Of a DNA stretch of 64,000 bases, positions 11,847 through 25,787 are shown piece after piece; the stretch's first letter is position 1, and every line of letters begins with the position of its first letter. Position numbers and translations under genes: made by a program. Location of the stretch: positions 363,382,001 to 363,446,000 of the forward strand of contig NW_027362769.1 of assembly GCF_046119375.1 (NCBI RefSeq), in the 5' to 3' direction. A model generated the notes under the pieces. The model made no database searches, had not been told where the DNA came from, and was given only the letters and a program-made list of their open reading frames with translations. The DNA is from Phyllobates terribilis. Lineage: Eukaryota.

Positions 11847-13105
11847 TGACGCGCCCCCTGGGCCATGCTGCGCCGCGCCGCGCATGCGGGGGACACCCGG
11901 AGCCGGATCCAACGGGGGTTGTAGTCTCCGAGTGGCGGGGACCCGGTCCGTGCCCAGGGTGGTCAAACCGACAGCAATCTATTTGTAATGTTGTTATAGA
12001 GTTCGACTACGCCACCCGTTGATTTGCGGTCACAAGGCCGCCGCTGCAAAACAGTCCGCTGAGGCCGGTGGTATATATGTGCAGCTATGGTGGTATAACC
12101 CCCAACGGGAGAGGTATAGCCTCAGGGCAGCTGGTACGGGAGAAGGGAGTCATAGTGAGAGCGTCCCGGTACCTATGGTGCTGGTGGTGCGATGGAACAC
12201 AGAGACTGATTGCAGCTTTCAATGCTTTACTCACAGTTGTTATTAACGTCAGTCCTGCAGGTGATGACGACCCGAGCCGTGCTGCGTCCACCAGGTGCGG
12301 GACTCGGCCAACTCCCAGGCAGTTCCAGAGCTCCCCTCTCCTCCTTCCTACTGGCCGTCCCCACCAGGGATCCACCTCTGTCCGGCTCCCTCGGGCCTTC
12401 TGGTGGTAAAACCTTTCCCGGCTTCCCTGACCCTATACGTGGTTTGCCTTCCTGGTGGATATGGCGAGGGGTCGCGCCAAAACTTGTCCACGACCTCCGG
12501 TTCCTGGCTGAGGATATTTGGCCTCCACCAGTTTGGGATCCGGTACCCTGTTCTGCCAACCCTTCACCCGTTAGCTCGTGGGATCTCAGGGTTCCCTCTT
12601 CTCCTGCGTCTCTGGGCCTCTCCTGGCGCTTCTGTTCTTTCTCCTTCCTCTGTCTCTCTGCTTCAGGCCTCCACTCCAGGCCTGACTCTGGAGCTGGGCC
12701 CGGACTGAGCCACAGCTCCCTGTCAGCCCTCTCTGGCTGAGCTCCTCTCTTAACAGACCCCTGATCCAAGATGGTGCCCCCCTTATATACTCCCTTCTGA
12801 CACCCGAGCCCAGGTGACTAGCACCCAATGGGCTCCTACCTATGCCCAGAGTCCCTCCCCTCTCTGCTCCTACACCACTGGGATGTTCCCCCCCCCCCCC
12901 CACTCCAGCCGGGGACAGAAGCTGTCGTACCTGCACATCTATCTGGTGGGAGTACCGTTGGTCTGTCCCCCGGAAATGGGGTGAGTGTAGTGCATGCAGC
13001 TAACTGAGCTCAGTTCCACACTCCATCCTTACCCGGGAGTGGAATACCACACCTCTGGTTCGAGGTGCAATACCCCTGTAGCAGCCGAGTCCTCGGGGTG
13101 CTACA
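11847..13105 (-). repeat. 5' LTR of copy A
   Basis: Direct repeat of 8051-9319, adjacent to the PBS. Confidence 0.95.
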
Positions 13106-13599
13106 CATGTACTGTAGAATATATAGTTAATGGCCTCTGTTGAATGACTAGATGCCTATTAGAGCAATAAGATATACTCTAAGTCTACAATCTTTTGGCT
13201 GAGTCTAAGGGCTCATACTCATCTGCATTTAAATCACACGAGTGCAATCTGATAAAAAAAAAAATTGGATTGCTCTCTGACTCTTGTTATTGAATGATTA
13301 TGTGTTTCTGTGATTTTTTTTTTTTCCCAGCTCGGATCGAACTGAGAAAAAAAAATCACAGCATGCTGCAAGTGGCTGCATATATCAGACGAGACTCGCC
13401 AATGCAAGTCAATGTGTGCGAGAAAAAAAACGCACAGCAAACGGACCATGCTTATGCCATCCACATAATACGCATCTATGTAACACCGTTCAGTGACTGT
13501 GGCGGCATCTCAGCACACAAATCCTGTATCTCAGATCTTTGTCTGGCCTTCTCTTCTGTGTTTTGGCCATCATGCCGACAAGACAAAGGTGATTGGGGT

Positions 13600-13832
13600 A
13601 GGAGACATGCTGGTGAGGGGGTTGTTGGCTGTCGTGATGCTGGTAATGGAGGTGGCTGCCAAGATGCTGGCACTGGAGGTGGCTGCCGTGATGGTGCCAC
13701 TGTAGTTGGTGGTGGCTGCTGTGATGCTGTGACTGGAGGTGGTGGTGATGACTGGTGTGATGCTGGTACTGGAGGTGGTGGTGGTGACTGCCGTGATGCT
13801 GGCACTGGAGGTGGTGGCTGCCGTAATGGTGG
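13600..13832. repeat. Short degenerate GGT/GCT-rich tandem repeat (~30-bp unit)
   Basis: GATGCTGGCACTGGAGGTGGTGGCTGCCGT-type units. Confidence 0.7.
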
Positions 13833-15733
13833 GTCTGCTGAGTGCCCTTCTTGAGGGGTCTAAAGACCGGGTTTTGTTGTCCTCAGAAAGTTGCCACTTT
13901 TCAAGGAATTAAAAGACGGCCATCGGTGAATTTGGTGGCGCAGCGGCAGACAAAACAATTTGGAGGGCAGCCCTGGTGTGCAGACTCAATAAAAAGGGAA
14001 CGTGCCTGAAATAACGGGCCAGGCTTAGACAAAAACTCTCATCATCATCACTCACAGGTATTCCCATGTCACGTACGCCAGTGATGGTGGGGCGGTAGCG
14101 ATGAGGGGAGGTGTCGAGGGGCTGTGGTGTACTGGTGCTCTCCGCAGGCTCTTATTCTTTCTGGCCCCCAGCTCCGGCCTCCATTTCAGATTCCTCTCTG
14201 GCCTCCAGCACCTCCAAGCTACAGGTATTTCCCTTTTTGGTCCAGTCAGATCTGTAAGGTCAGGGATGACAGAGAAAAAAGCATTTTTAATATGCAAAAT
14301 AATAATCAAACCATTACAACAAATAAAACTGAAAAAGATAGCCACTTACGGGTGAAAATCTAGGACTAGGGTCAAAAACTGGAGCCGGTCATAATATAGG
14401 TATGGCCTTTCTTTTTAAGAGCCACATCACCACTGTTCCTACCCTGTTGTCGCTCGCGGCGGCACTGGTCCCGGTAACTGCTCCATAATCTTGTCACTAC
14501 ACCCACTGGAAAGATAAGTGGAAGAGATTATATACAATTTTTATAGGTAAAGGATGCTGTATGTAATAACATGTATAGTGTGTATTCTAATATCACTGCT
14601 AGCAGGGGCTGGCTGGCAAATTTTAGCCTGGGGGCAAGAACACAGCAGTGGTCCATGAGTAGTGGCCCATCCTTAATGGTCGTTTTCCCACAAACAATAG
14701 TATATTTTAATCAATAGATCTTGGAGTAATAATAATTTCCACAATTGGATGTGATATAATAATGTTCCTGTGCGGAGATAATCTTATAAATGTGCCCCTG
14801 CTGTGTACTGTGTAATGGCTGTGTCTGACTGTGCAGGAACATGTTCTGATCATACCACATCTCCTGGGCAGGGGGGGGGGGGAAAGCGGAAACAGGCAGG
14901 ATAGCAGGGGATCACAGAGGATTCTTTTTGTGAGTAAAACATTTCACTGCCTGTTTTTAAACAATATTTTAGCTCAAAGAAAGACTCAGCTGTGATCCCC
15001 TGCTGTAATGTATATATACTCTCTTTATATATAGAAGATTAGTGTGCACACAGTCTGTAGGTCAAGGTGCAGGTACACGGGATGTGGAATCCCCTGAATC
15101 GGCGTAGATTAAATCACCTCACCGCACATTCTAGTTTCAAGATGCAAACTAAAGTCTATTTGAAGACATGCAATTAGACACATTTAAGGTGCAGGGAATA
15201 ATGCAACAGTAAATGAACGTTTTGACCCATCGTTTGCATCTTGAGACTAGAGTGTGCAGTGATTTAATATATGCTATATACTCTTTTGCTTCCTCTCCTG
15301 CCCAGTAGCTGTGGTATGATCAGACCATGTTCCTGCCCAGTCAGACACAGCCATTACACAGTACACAGCAGGGGCACATTAATAACATTATCTCAGTACA
15401 GGGACATTTTATTTAAACACATCCAATTGTGGAAGTTATTATTATTCCAAGATCTATTGATTAAAATATACTTTTGTTCGCAGAAAACCCCTTTAACATG
15501 TTTATTACCAGCTGATTCATAGGCTATATTCACACAAACGTATTGTCTAAGTGCTGCCCGTGGAAAAAAATGACAGCACTTGGTCCAGTTCAGGTGAGCA
15601 TTTAAAAATGGTAATACATAAGCATAATATGTACAATGTCTGACCACTACAAAACGGATTTAGGTTGTTAGAGGTGTAATGCAAGTAATCCAAGGTACGC
15701 TGCGCTTTTCTAGACTCCTAAAAAACAGAGTAA

Positions 15734-16664
15734 GGCTAAGTGCCCACAATGCAGAAATGCTGAGAATTTTTCCTGAGCGTTTCTGCATCTCCCTGGCAGA
15801 AAAAACGAAGTGGATTGTACATGCGTTTTTCCTGCCAGGGACAAGCATAAGTGAAGCGTACTTCACATGCATTTCCGCATGCGGGTTGTCAAGCGCTTTA
15901 CAAGCGATTTTAGCATCACTTGGAAAGTGCTTGACAACTTGGTCACACTATATAAATCCATGCAACCGGTATGGATTTATATAGTGTGACCGTAAAAGAT
16001 TGGAAAAAAATAGAAAATAAATATTATACTTACCTTCTAACGGCCCCTGGTCTCCTTATCCGATGCGTCCGGCCTTCCAGGTGTCTCGCGGTTGTGTAAA
16101 AGGACCTGCCATGATGTCATTTAGTCATGTGACGGGTCAAGCGACCGCCGACGTCAGCAGTCGCGTGACCTGTCACATGACTAAATGACGTCATGGCAGG
16201 TCCTTTTAGACCATCACGAGCTGCCAGGAAGCCAGGACGCATCACTATGGAGACCGGGGGACATCAGATGGTGAGTATAATGTATATTTTTTATTTTAAT
16301 TCTTTTTTTTTTACAGGTGCTATGGTACCCGGGTCTGGAGGAGAGTCTCTTCTTCTCCAAACCCGGGTACCATCTGCACATTGAATCGCTAAATATCCGC
16401 ATGTGCACATCTAGTCATGCGGATATTATGCGATTCAATGCAAGTCAATGGCGGCGAAAACGCTGCAATTACACAAAATAATTGGTAGTGCTGCGGATTT
16501 TTCTGCAATGATAATCCGCAGCGGAAATTTCCGCAGCATGTGCAGAGCACATGCGGATTATCATTAGGAACATAGCAGACCTTCTACCAAGTGTTTTTTA
16601 AGCGTTTCTTCAGCGGAATTGCCATTGCGGAAACGCTTAAAAAACGCATAGTGGGCACACAGCC
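15734..16664. mobile_element. PIF/Harbinger-like MITE
   Basis: TAA | GGCTAAGTGCCCAC ... GTGGGCACACAGCC | TAA; internal inverted repeats. Confidence 0.7.
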
Positions 16665-17430
16665 TAAAGGTGGTCACACATAAGCACAGGTCTGACAGAT
16701 AGATACCTATGAATTATTATTTTGTGTATTATTTCCTACATACTTGATCGAGCAAGTCATCAATGTAAAAGTCAAATCCACATTATAGTATATGATGTAC
16801 GAGTCACTAATTATCATGTGTGTCCCATCTGATGTCTGTGCACACAATGAACATATTATACCACATACAATACAATATACATAGGAGAATATATGACTGA
16901 TATATAGAGATGAACAACTTAATTTGCAGGACCCTGATCCAATGGTCAGATGAATATTCAGTGGCTGCTGGATAGGAGCCCTGACAGCCTCCTACCTGAC
17001 ACCATTCTCTTGCTCTTCCTTTGATTTGTAGCCAGGCACAATGTCATGTATGTGTCACGCCAAAAAGATGACATCATGCAAAGACTATAATCAAAAGAGG
17101 AGTCAGAGATGCCGGCAGGCAGGAGGAGGCTCGCGGGGCTCTGGTCTGGTGGCCACAGACTACTGATGGGACTGTTTGACCAGTGTCCTGAGAATCAATT
17201 CGCTCATCTGTACTGGAATAAGATATATTATGACTACATACATCAGATATTACATACAGAATAGCATGTGACAGTTATATACCACACTATGAGCACAGAC
17301 ATCAGATATTACACCAGTGACATATTATCCTCTGTATAACATTGGATGCCTGTATCAAAGTACATCACATACAGTATACAGCATAATATGTGATGGTATG
17401 CGATATACTGTGATACAGACATCAGATATT

Positions 17431-20400
17431 CATACCTCTCAACTTTTGAAGAACAGAAAGGGGGACAGAAAGAGGCTATGCGCGGCAAATTTTGGTCACG
17501 CCCCTGGTCACACCCCAATCCACGCCCATTTACCATTATCTTTCTCGCCCGTCAGGAGGAGTTGTCAGAGGGGTGCTGGTAGTGAGGGAAATTCAGCAGA
17601 CGGCCGAGACTGCAAGGAGCAGACCCAAATCCAGTACTGTCCACTGTATCCAGGGCAGTTGGGACTAGAGATGAGCAGATGGATTCCGGGGACTCCAGTC
17701 GGGCGTCCAGGTCAGTGCTACCTGGCGGCTGGACTGGAGGCCATGAATCTCTTATCTTCCGGGGCAGTGCGGCGTCATCTGTGAGTCCTGCTCAACTCTT
17801 GTTGGGACCTGAGGATTATTTTTTGTTCCTCATTCACAGTCGGAGCCGCCAGAACTTTCTCATCTTTATGTAGATTCATTATACGACATCTGGCTTTCTT
17901 GTGGTGGCTCTTACTGTATATTGGGGGCTATGCGAGGGCTCATACTGTAGGTAGCTGTGGTGTGTTCTAATACTGTATGTATGGAGTTGTGTGGGGGCTC
18001 ATACTGTATATAGGGGGATGTCAGCATACTTAAATCTGCTCTATATTAAGTGATAATATAAATATACAAAAAAAATAAAATTAATATGTTAATATTAATA
18101 TTGAGCTAAATTAATTTGAACCTATTGGTTCGGGCTCCACAACAGTCACGGTCTCTCATGTGGCCCCTTGGGAACATTAATCTCCCACCCCTGTTCTATT
18201 TCAAAGAGCTATGTTAAAAATCACACAGACATCATACGGACATCATACACACAGCGGGCACAACCATCACACAGACATCATACACACAGCGGGCACAACC
18301 ATCACACAGACATCATACACACAGCGGGCACAACCATCACACAGACATCATACACACAGTGGGCACAACCATCACACGGACATCATACACACAGCATGCA
18401 CAACCATCACATGGACATCATACACACAATGGGCACAACCATCACACAGACATCATACACACAGCATGCACAACCATCACACAGACATCATACACACAGC
18501 GTGCACAACCATCACACGGACATCATACACACAGCGTGCACAACCATCACACGGACATCATACACACAGCGGGCACAACCATCACACGGACATCATACAC
18601 ACAGCGTGCACAACCATCACACAGACATCATACACACAGCGGGCACAACCATCACACAGACATCATACACACAGCGGGCACAACCATCACACAGACATCA
18701 TACACACAGCGGGCACAACCATCACACACATACATCATACACACAGCGGGCACAACCATCACACAGACATCATACACACAGCGAGCATAACTATCACACG
18801 GACATCATACACACAGGGTGCACAACCATCACACGGACATCATACACACAACGAGCACAACCATCACACACACAGCGGGCACAACCATCACACACACATC
18901 ATACACAAAGCGGGCACAACCATCACACACACGTCATACACAGAGCGGGCATGCCATCATACAGACATCATACACACAACGGGCACAACTATCACATGGA
19001 CATCATACACACAGCGTGCACAACCATCACACAGACATCATACACGCAGCATGCACAACCATCACACAGACATCATACATACAGCGGACAAAACCATCAC
19101 ACAGACATCATACACACAGCGGGCACAACCATCACATGGACATCATACACACAGCATGCACAACCATCATACAGACATCATACACACAGAGGGCACAACC
19201 ATCACACAGACATCATACACACAACGGGCACAACCATCACATGGACATCATACACACAGCGAGCATAACTATCACACGGACATCATTCACACATCGTGCA
19301 CAACCATCCCACGCACATCATACACATAACGAGCACAACCATCACACACATACATCATACACACAGCGGGCACAACCATCACACGGACATCATACACACA
19401 ACGGGCACAACCATCACACACACACACATCATACACACAGCGCGCACAGCCATCACACGGACATAATACACACAGCGGTCACAACCATCACACAGACATC
19501 ATACACACAATGAGCACAACAATCACACAGACAACATACACACAGCGAGCACAACCATCACATGGACATCATACACATAATGGGCACAACCATCACACAC
19601 ACACACAGACATCATACACATAGCGTGCACAACCATCACACGGACATCATAAACACAACGGGCACAACCATCACAGGGACATCATACACACAGTGAGCAT
19701 AACTATCACACGGACATCATACACACAGCGTGCACAACCATCACACAGACATCATACACACAACGAGCACAACCATCACACACATACATCATACACACAG
19801 CGGGCACAACCATCACACGGACATCATACACACAACGGGCAAAACCATCACACGGACATCATACACACAGCGAGCATAACCATCACAAGGACATCATACA
19901 CACAACGAGCACAACCATCACAAGGACATCATACACACAACGAGCACAACCATCACACACATACATCATACACACAGCGGGCACAACCATCACACACACA
20001 TCATACACAGAGCGGGCATGCCATCATACAGACATCATACACACAACGGGCACAACTATCACATGGACATCATACACACAACGGGCACAACCATCACACG
20101 GACATCATACACACAACGGGCACAACCATCACACGGACATCATACACAAAGCGGGCACAACCATCACACAGACATCATACACACAGCGGTCACAACCATC
20201 ACATGGACATCATACACACAACGGGCACAACCATTGCACAGACATTATACACACAGCGAGCATAACTATCACATGGACATCATACACACAATGAGCACAA
20301 CCATCACACATACATCATACACACAGCGGGCACAACCATCACACGGACATCATACACACAAAGGGCACAACCATCACACGGACATCATACACACAGCGAG

Positions 20401-21721
20401 CATAACTATCACACGGACATCATACAAACAGCGTGCACAACCATCACACGGACATCATACACACAACGAGCACAACCATCACACACATACATCATACACA
20501 CAGCGGGCACATCCATCACACGGACATCATACACACAGCGAGCACAACCATCACACACATACATCATACACACAGCGGGCACAACCATCACACGGACATC
20601 ATACACACAATGGGCACAACCATCACACGGACATCATACACACAGCGAGCACAACCATCACACACATACATCAGACACAAAGTGGTCACAACCATCACAT
20701 GGACATCATACACACAACGGGCACAACCATCACACGGACATCATACACACAACGAGCACAACCATCACACACATACATCAGACACAAAGTGGTCACAACC
20801 ATCACATGGACATCATACACACAACGGGCACAACCATCACACAGACATCATACACACACCGAGCATAACTATCACACGGACATCATACACACAGCTTGCA
20901 CAACCATCACACGGACATCATACACACAGCGGGCACAATCATCACACGGACATCATACACACAACGGGCACAATCATCACACGGACATCATACACACAAA
21001 GGGCACAACCATAACACAGACATCATACACACAACCGGCACAATTATCACACGGACATCATACACACAACGGTCACAATTATCACACGGACATCATACAC
21101 ACAGCGGTCACGACCATCACACACACACATCATACACACAGCGGGCACAACCATCATACACACAGCGGGCACAACATGACATGTATATATTCACTTCTTC
21201 TCCATCATGTCTCCATTGGCAGTGGTGGGGCCTGGTGTTTGCAATCAGCAGCAGAGGATGGGCTGTACGCAGGAGAGCTGTCAGCCCTGCAGTGTCCCTA
21301 AATCCCCTTCCCATCTCCCCTAGTCCCGACTGCAGAGCTGCTGGTGACTTTGCATGAGCCCCCACCCATCCTGTAATAACAGCAGCTACAGATGGGAGAG
21401 GCTGAGGGTCTCCCCCCTCACCTCAGGACAGCACCTTGTTGTCATGTCCTCCGCAGACTTGGCCCCGCCCCCTGTCCCCTCACCTCCTCATGCTGTGCGG
21501 TCTCTCTGCACAGTAGAATTCCTCTGCACTGATGCCGGGGAGGAGCAGGGAGCGGGAGGCGGAGCTACAAGGAGTCACACACAGCATGGAAAGCCTGCAT
21601 GTCTGGAAAAAAAAAGCCCAGTGCCTAGCAACGCCCCTGCCGGGAGAAGAGCTGAGCCGGGACGGGACTGAGCCCTCAAATCGGGACAGGCCCAGGGAAT
21701 AGGGGAGGGTTGTTAGCTATG
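17431..21721. mobile_element. Probable hAT-like non-autonomous element containing the 35-bp minisatellite
   Basis: CATACCTCTCAAC ... GTTGTTAGCTATG imperfect TIRs, GGGAC subterminal motifs, GATATT on both flanks. Confidence 0.45.
18218..21176. repeat. 35-bp AC-rich minisatellite (CACACAGCGGGCACAACCATCACACAGACATCATA)n, roughly 80 copies
   Basis: Direct reading; His/Thr-rich ORFs cycle through all three frames because 35 is not a multiple of 3. Confidence 0.95.
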
Positions 21722-22464
21722 GATATTATACCAGCCTCCTATTATTCTGTGTATAATATGGGATGTCTGTGCCTATAGTATATATATATTATACCACCTA
21801 CAGGCTAATATGTAACTAGTGCACATTACACCATGAGTACAGACATTAGATATTACACCAGTCACGTATTATCCTCTACAGCTCTTTAATATCTGTGGCG
21901 CTATTGTCCCCGCCGATCCTACCACAGACCGAATAATGCTACTGTCACACGATCAGTATTTTGTCAGTCTTTTTCTTGAGTATTTGGAAGCCAAAACCAG
22001 ATGAGGAGCAATCAGAGAAAAGGTATAATACATACCAGTGCATATATTCTGCATTTATCACTCTCCTGGTTTGGCTTACAAATATGGATAGTGAGACCAT
22101 ATCCTCACATAATCTACCAGCAGCCTGATGGGTGTTATGCCGGGGTCTTAGTGCACAGGACCCGGTCATTACACGGCGTCCATCTACAGCTGGGACATTT
22201 CCTGTGAACACTCGCTCTCCCCTATCACCCGCACGGGTCTGATCCTGAAGATCTCATGTATCAGAATCCAGTTGTTCATCCCAAGATAGTTTGTATTTAT
22301 CATCTGCCACATAATGGATGAGTGGGACCGAACTCAGCATGGGCTGGGGGAGCAGACAAGGCACCAGTATAATTCAGGGGTGAATAAGCAGACACACGGC
22401 CACTGAGGAGTTAAATGGAGGAAATACTTGTATCCGGTATTGGTCGGTGCCTGAGGATGTCTGT

Positions 22465-22875
22465 CAGTCAATTAAAGATGTGTCTGACAGGATATCAAGA
22501 CTCTTCAGACCTACAGATCACTACCCATTCCTGCTAATACATGTGGGGACAAATGACACCGCAAGAAAGGACCTGGAAACCATCTGCAGTGACTTTGAAG
22601 ACTTAGGCAAGAAAGTGAAAGAATTGGGAGCGCAGGTGGTCTTCTCATCCATCCTCCCAGTGGATGGCCATGGAACAATGAGGTGGAATAAGATTCTACA
22701 GGTGAACAACTGGCTACGTCGATGGTGCCGTCAACAAGGATTTGGATTTCTGGATCACGGAATGAATTACCTATACGATGGACTACTTGCTAGAGATGGG
22801 GTGCACCTTACGAAGACTGGAAAACATGTATTTGGAAGTCGCCTTGCTACACTCATCAGAAGAGCTTTAAACTAG
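22465..22875 (+). pseudogene. CR1 ORF1 C-terminal SGNH-esterase fragment
   Basis: LIHVGTND..VVFSSILP..NNWLRRWC..GFGFLDH..DGVHL. Confidence 0.85.
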
Positions 22876-22997
22876 AACAATGTGGGAAGGGAAGCAAAAG
22901 GCCAGAAAAAGCCATACAGCTGACAAATACTATTGAGATCTCTGCTACTGGAAGTGGAAAAGAAGAACAAAGACAAAAAAATCTAAATAATAAAAAT

Positions 22998-25787
22998 ATG
23001 GGAGGAAGAGAAACCAATCACAAACTAAAATGTTTTTATACAAATGCACAAAGCATGGGCAACAAACAAGGAGAATTGGAACTACTAATGCAGGAAAAGG
23101 AATATGATGTCATTGGAATCACTGAAACTTGGTGGGACGATACACATGATTGGAATAAAAGGCTAAAAGGATACAACTTATTTGCAAGAAACAGACTTGA
23201 TAAACGAGGAGGAGGTGTTGCATTGTATGTTAGAAAAGCGTATATCTGCACAGAGATTGAAGCTTCAGAGACTGGGAGTTCTGTGGAAACTGTTTGGGTA
23301 AGAATACAAGGAGAGAACAACGGAAAGGACACCATTGTAGGCATTTACTACAGGCCACCTGGGCAAGCTGAAGATATGGATGAACTCTTTATGTATCAAA
23401 TGACCAAGTTCTCCAAAAAATATGACGTAGTGGTCATGGGAGATTTCAACTATCCAGACATTTGTTGGGAATCTCTCTCAAGTAAAACTAACAGGTCAAG
23501 CAAATTCTTATCCTCTCTTGCTGACAACTTTATCTTCCAAAAGGTAGGGGAGAAAACAAGGGGATCTGCTACTTTGGATCTAATCCTTATAAACAGGGAG
23601 GAAATGGTTGAGGAGGTAAAGGTGGCTGGGACCCTAGGAGGCAGCGATCATGCTATTATAGAATTTTGGATAACTAGAGGAGGAAGACATGTGAAGACTC
23701 AAACTTCAAGGTTAGATTTTAGAAAGGCAGATTTTAAGAGACTCAGAAAGAGAATAGGAGGGATCCAATGGCTGGATGTCCTTAAGGACAAAAATGTCCA
23801 GGAAGGATGGGAAATTTTTAAAAATGAGATTCTCAAAGCACAGTCGTTAACAATCCCGAAAAGTAGGAAGAATGGGAAGCATTTAAGGAAACCAGGATGG
23901 ATGAACACAGAACTTAAACACATGCTAAAAAGAAAGAAAGAAAGGTTTATTAAATGGAAAGAGGGAGGCATATCTAAAGAAGATTATAATGCAGTCTGCA
24001 GATCCTGCAGGGCACGTATCAGGTTAGCTAAAGCTGACAATGAATTAAGGCTTGCAAGAGATGTCAAAAGCAATAAAAAAGGATTTTGGGGGTATGTCAA
24101 AAGTAAAAGAAAAGTCAAAGATGCTATAGGATTTTTACAGGATGAAAATGGAGAAATGGTAAGAGAGGATGTTGAGAAGGCCGAACTTTTTAATTCCTAT
24201 TTTGCATCTGTTTTCTCTCAGAAAGAAAATGTAACATCAACTGATCTTCACTGTCCTTTTAAAGGAATAGAGGAATCCAAGTTATCAGTAAACAGAAAGA
24301 TTGTGAGGGAATATTTAGCTAACTTAAATGAGTTCAAGTCTCCAGGTCCAGATGAATTACACCCCAGAGTACTGAAGGAGATTGTAGAAGAAATTTTAGA
24401 ACCACTCTCCATAATCTTTGAAAATTCTTGGAGAACAGGAGAAGTCCCAGAAGACTGGAGAAGAGCAAATGTTGTTCCTATCTTCAAAAAGGGGAAGAAG
24501 GTGGACCCAGGGAACTATAGGCCGGTGAGTCTGACATCTATACCAGGAAAGATCTTTGAACAAATTATTAAACAACATGTATGTAAGTACATGGATAAGA
24601 ATGAAGTGATTAACCAGAGTCAGCATGGGTTTGTAACTAACAAGTCATGTCAGACTAACTTAATTTCCTTCTATGACAGAATCACTGACTGGGTGGATCA
24701 GGGAAATGCTGTAGATATAGTATATCTTGACTTCAGCAAAGCATTTGACAAAGTATCTCACATCATCCTTATTGAAAAAATGACCAAGTATGCAATGGAC
24801 CAGGCAACTGTTAGGTGGATTCATAACTGGCTTAGTGATCGGACTCAAAGGGTGGTTGTAAATGGCTTCACATCCAGCTGGATGAATGTCTCAAGTGGGG
24901 TACCACAGGGCTCCGTCCTGGGACCTGTATTGTTCAACATCTTTATCAATGATTTAGATGAAGGAATTGAGGGTAAACTGATTAAATTTGCTGATGACAC
25001 AAAGCTAGGAGGGATAGCTAATACTAGAGAAGAGAGAGAGAGGATTCAAAAAGACCTAAATAAACTGGAGCAGTGGGCAGCAACCAACAGAATGGTTTTT
25101 AACAGGGAAAAATGCAAAGTACTACATCTGGGCAATAAAAATGAAAAAAGCATATACAGAATGGGAGGAATAGAGCTAAGCAACAGTACATGTGAAAAAG
25201 ACTTAGGTATACTAATAGATCATAGACTGAACATGAGTCAACAGTGTGATGCAGCAGCAAAAAAGGCAAATACAATTCTGGGATGTATTAACAGAAGCAT
25301 ACAGTCTAGATCACGTGAAGTCATTATCGGTCTTTACTCCTCTTTGGTCAGACCTCATCTGGAATACTGTGTACAGTTTTGGGCACCACATTTTAAAAAA
25401 GACATCGACAAACTGGAGCAAGTTCAGAGAAGAGCGACCAGAATGGTGACTGGTCTGCAAACCATGTCCTATGAGGAACGGTTGCAGGATTTGGGAATGT
25501 TTAGCTTGCAAAAAAGAAGACTGAGAGGAGACTTAATAGCTGTCTACAAATATGTCAAGGGCTGTCACATTGTAGAAGGATCATCTTTATTCTCATTTGC
25601 ACAAGGAAAGACTAGAAGCAATGGGATGAAACTAAATGGGAGGAGACACAGATTAGATATTAGAAAAAACTTTTTGACAGTTAGGGTGATTAATGAGTGG
25701 AACAGGCTGCCACGAGAGGTGGTGAGTTCCCCTTCAATGGACGTCTTCAAACAGAGGCTGGACAGACATCTGTCTGAGATGATCTAG
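22998..25787 (+). CDS. CR1 ORF2: apurinic-like endonuclease plus reverse transcriptase (929 aa)
   Basis: TNAQS, GITETW, YYRPP, GDFN, SDHA; YRPVSL, QHGF, LDFSKAFD, GVPQGSVLGP, FADD. Confidence 0.95.
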   Translation: MGGRETNHKLKCFYTNAQSMGNKQGELELLMQEKEYDVIGITETWWDDTHDWNKRLKGYNLFARNRLDKRGGGVALYVRKAYICTEIEASETGSSVETVWVRIQGENNGKDTIVGIYYRPPGQAEDMDELFMYQMTKFSKKYDVVVMGDFNYPDICWESLSSKTNRSSKFLSSLADNFIFQKVGEKTRGSATLDLILINREEMVEEVKVAGTLGGSDHAIIEFWITRGGRHVKTQTSRLDFRKADFKRLRKRIGGIQWLDVLKDKNVQEGWEIFKNEILKAQSLTIPKSRKNGKHLRKPGWMNTELKHMLKRKKERFIKWKEGGISKEDYNAVCRSCRARIRLAKADNELRLARDVKSNKKGFWGYVKSKRKVKDAIGFLQDENGEMVREDVEKAELFNSYFASVFSQKENVTSTDLHCPFKGIEESKLSVNRKIVREYLANLNEFKSPGPDELHPRVLKEIVEEILEPLSIIFENSWRTGEVPEDWRRANVVPIFKKGKKVDPGNYRPVSLTSIPGKIFEQIIKQHVCKYMDKNEVINQSQHGFVTNKSCQTNLISFYDRITDWVDQGNAVDIVYLDFSKAFDKVSHIILIEKMTKYAMDQATVRWIHNWLSDRTQRVVVNGFTSSWMNVSSGVPQGSVLGPVLFNIFINDLDEGIEGKLIKFADDTKLGGIANTREERERIQKDLNKLEQWAATNRMVFNREKCKVLHLGNKNEKSIYRMGGIELSNSTCEKDLGILIDHRLNMSQQCDAAAKKANTILGCINRSIQSRSREVIIGLYSSLVRPHLEYCVQFWAPHFKKDIDKLEQVQRRATRMVTGLQTMSYEERLQDLGMFSLQKRRLRGDLIAVYKYVKGCHIVEGSSLFSFAQGKTRSNGMKLNGRRHRLDIRKNFLTVRVINEWNRLPREVVSSPSMDVFKQRLDRHLSEMI

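Larger units (their letters stand above)
8051..13105 (-). mobile_element. Complete non-autonomous LTR retroelement (copy A) with a cold-shock-domain ORF
   Basis: Near-identical direct LTRs (8051-9319, 11847-13105) with TG...CA ends; CATG TSD (8047-8050, 13106-13109); PBS at 11824-11842; PPT at 9320-9331; no RT, integrase or gag motifs seen in the 2.5 kb interior. Confidence 0.9.

Noticed and set aside
18168-21357. His/Thr-rich ORFs up to 427 aa
   Set aside because: Translations of a 35-bp minisatellite cycling through all three frames
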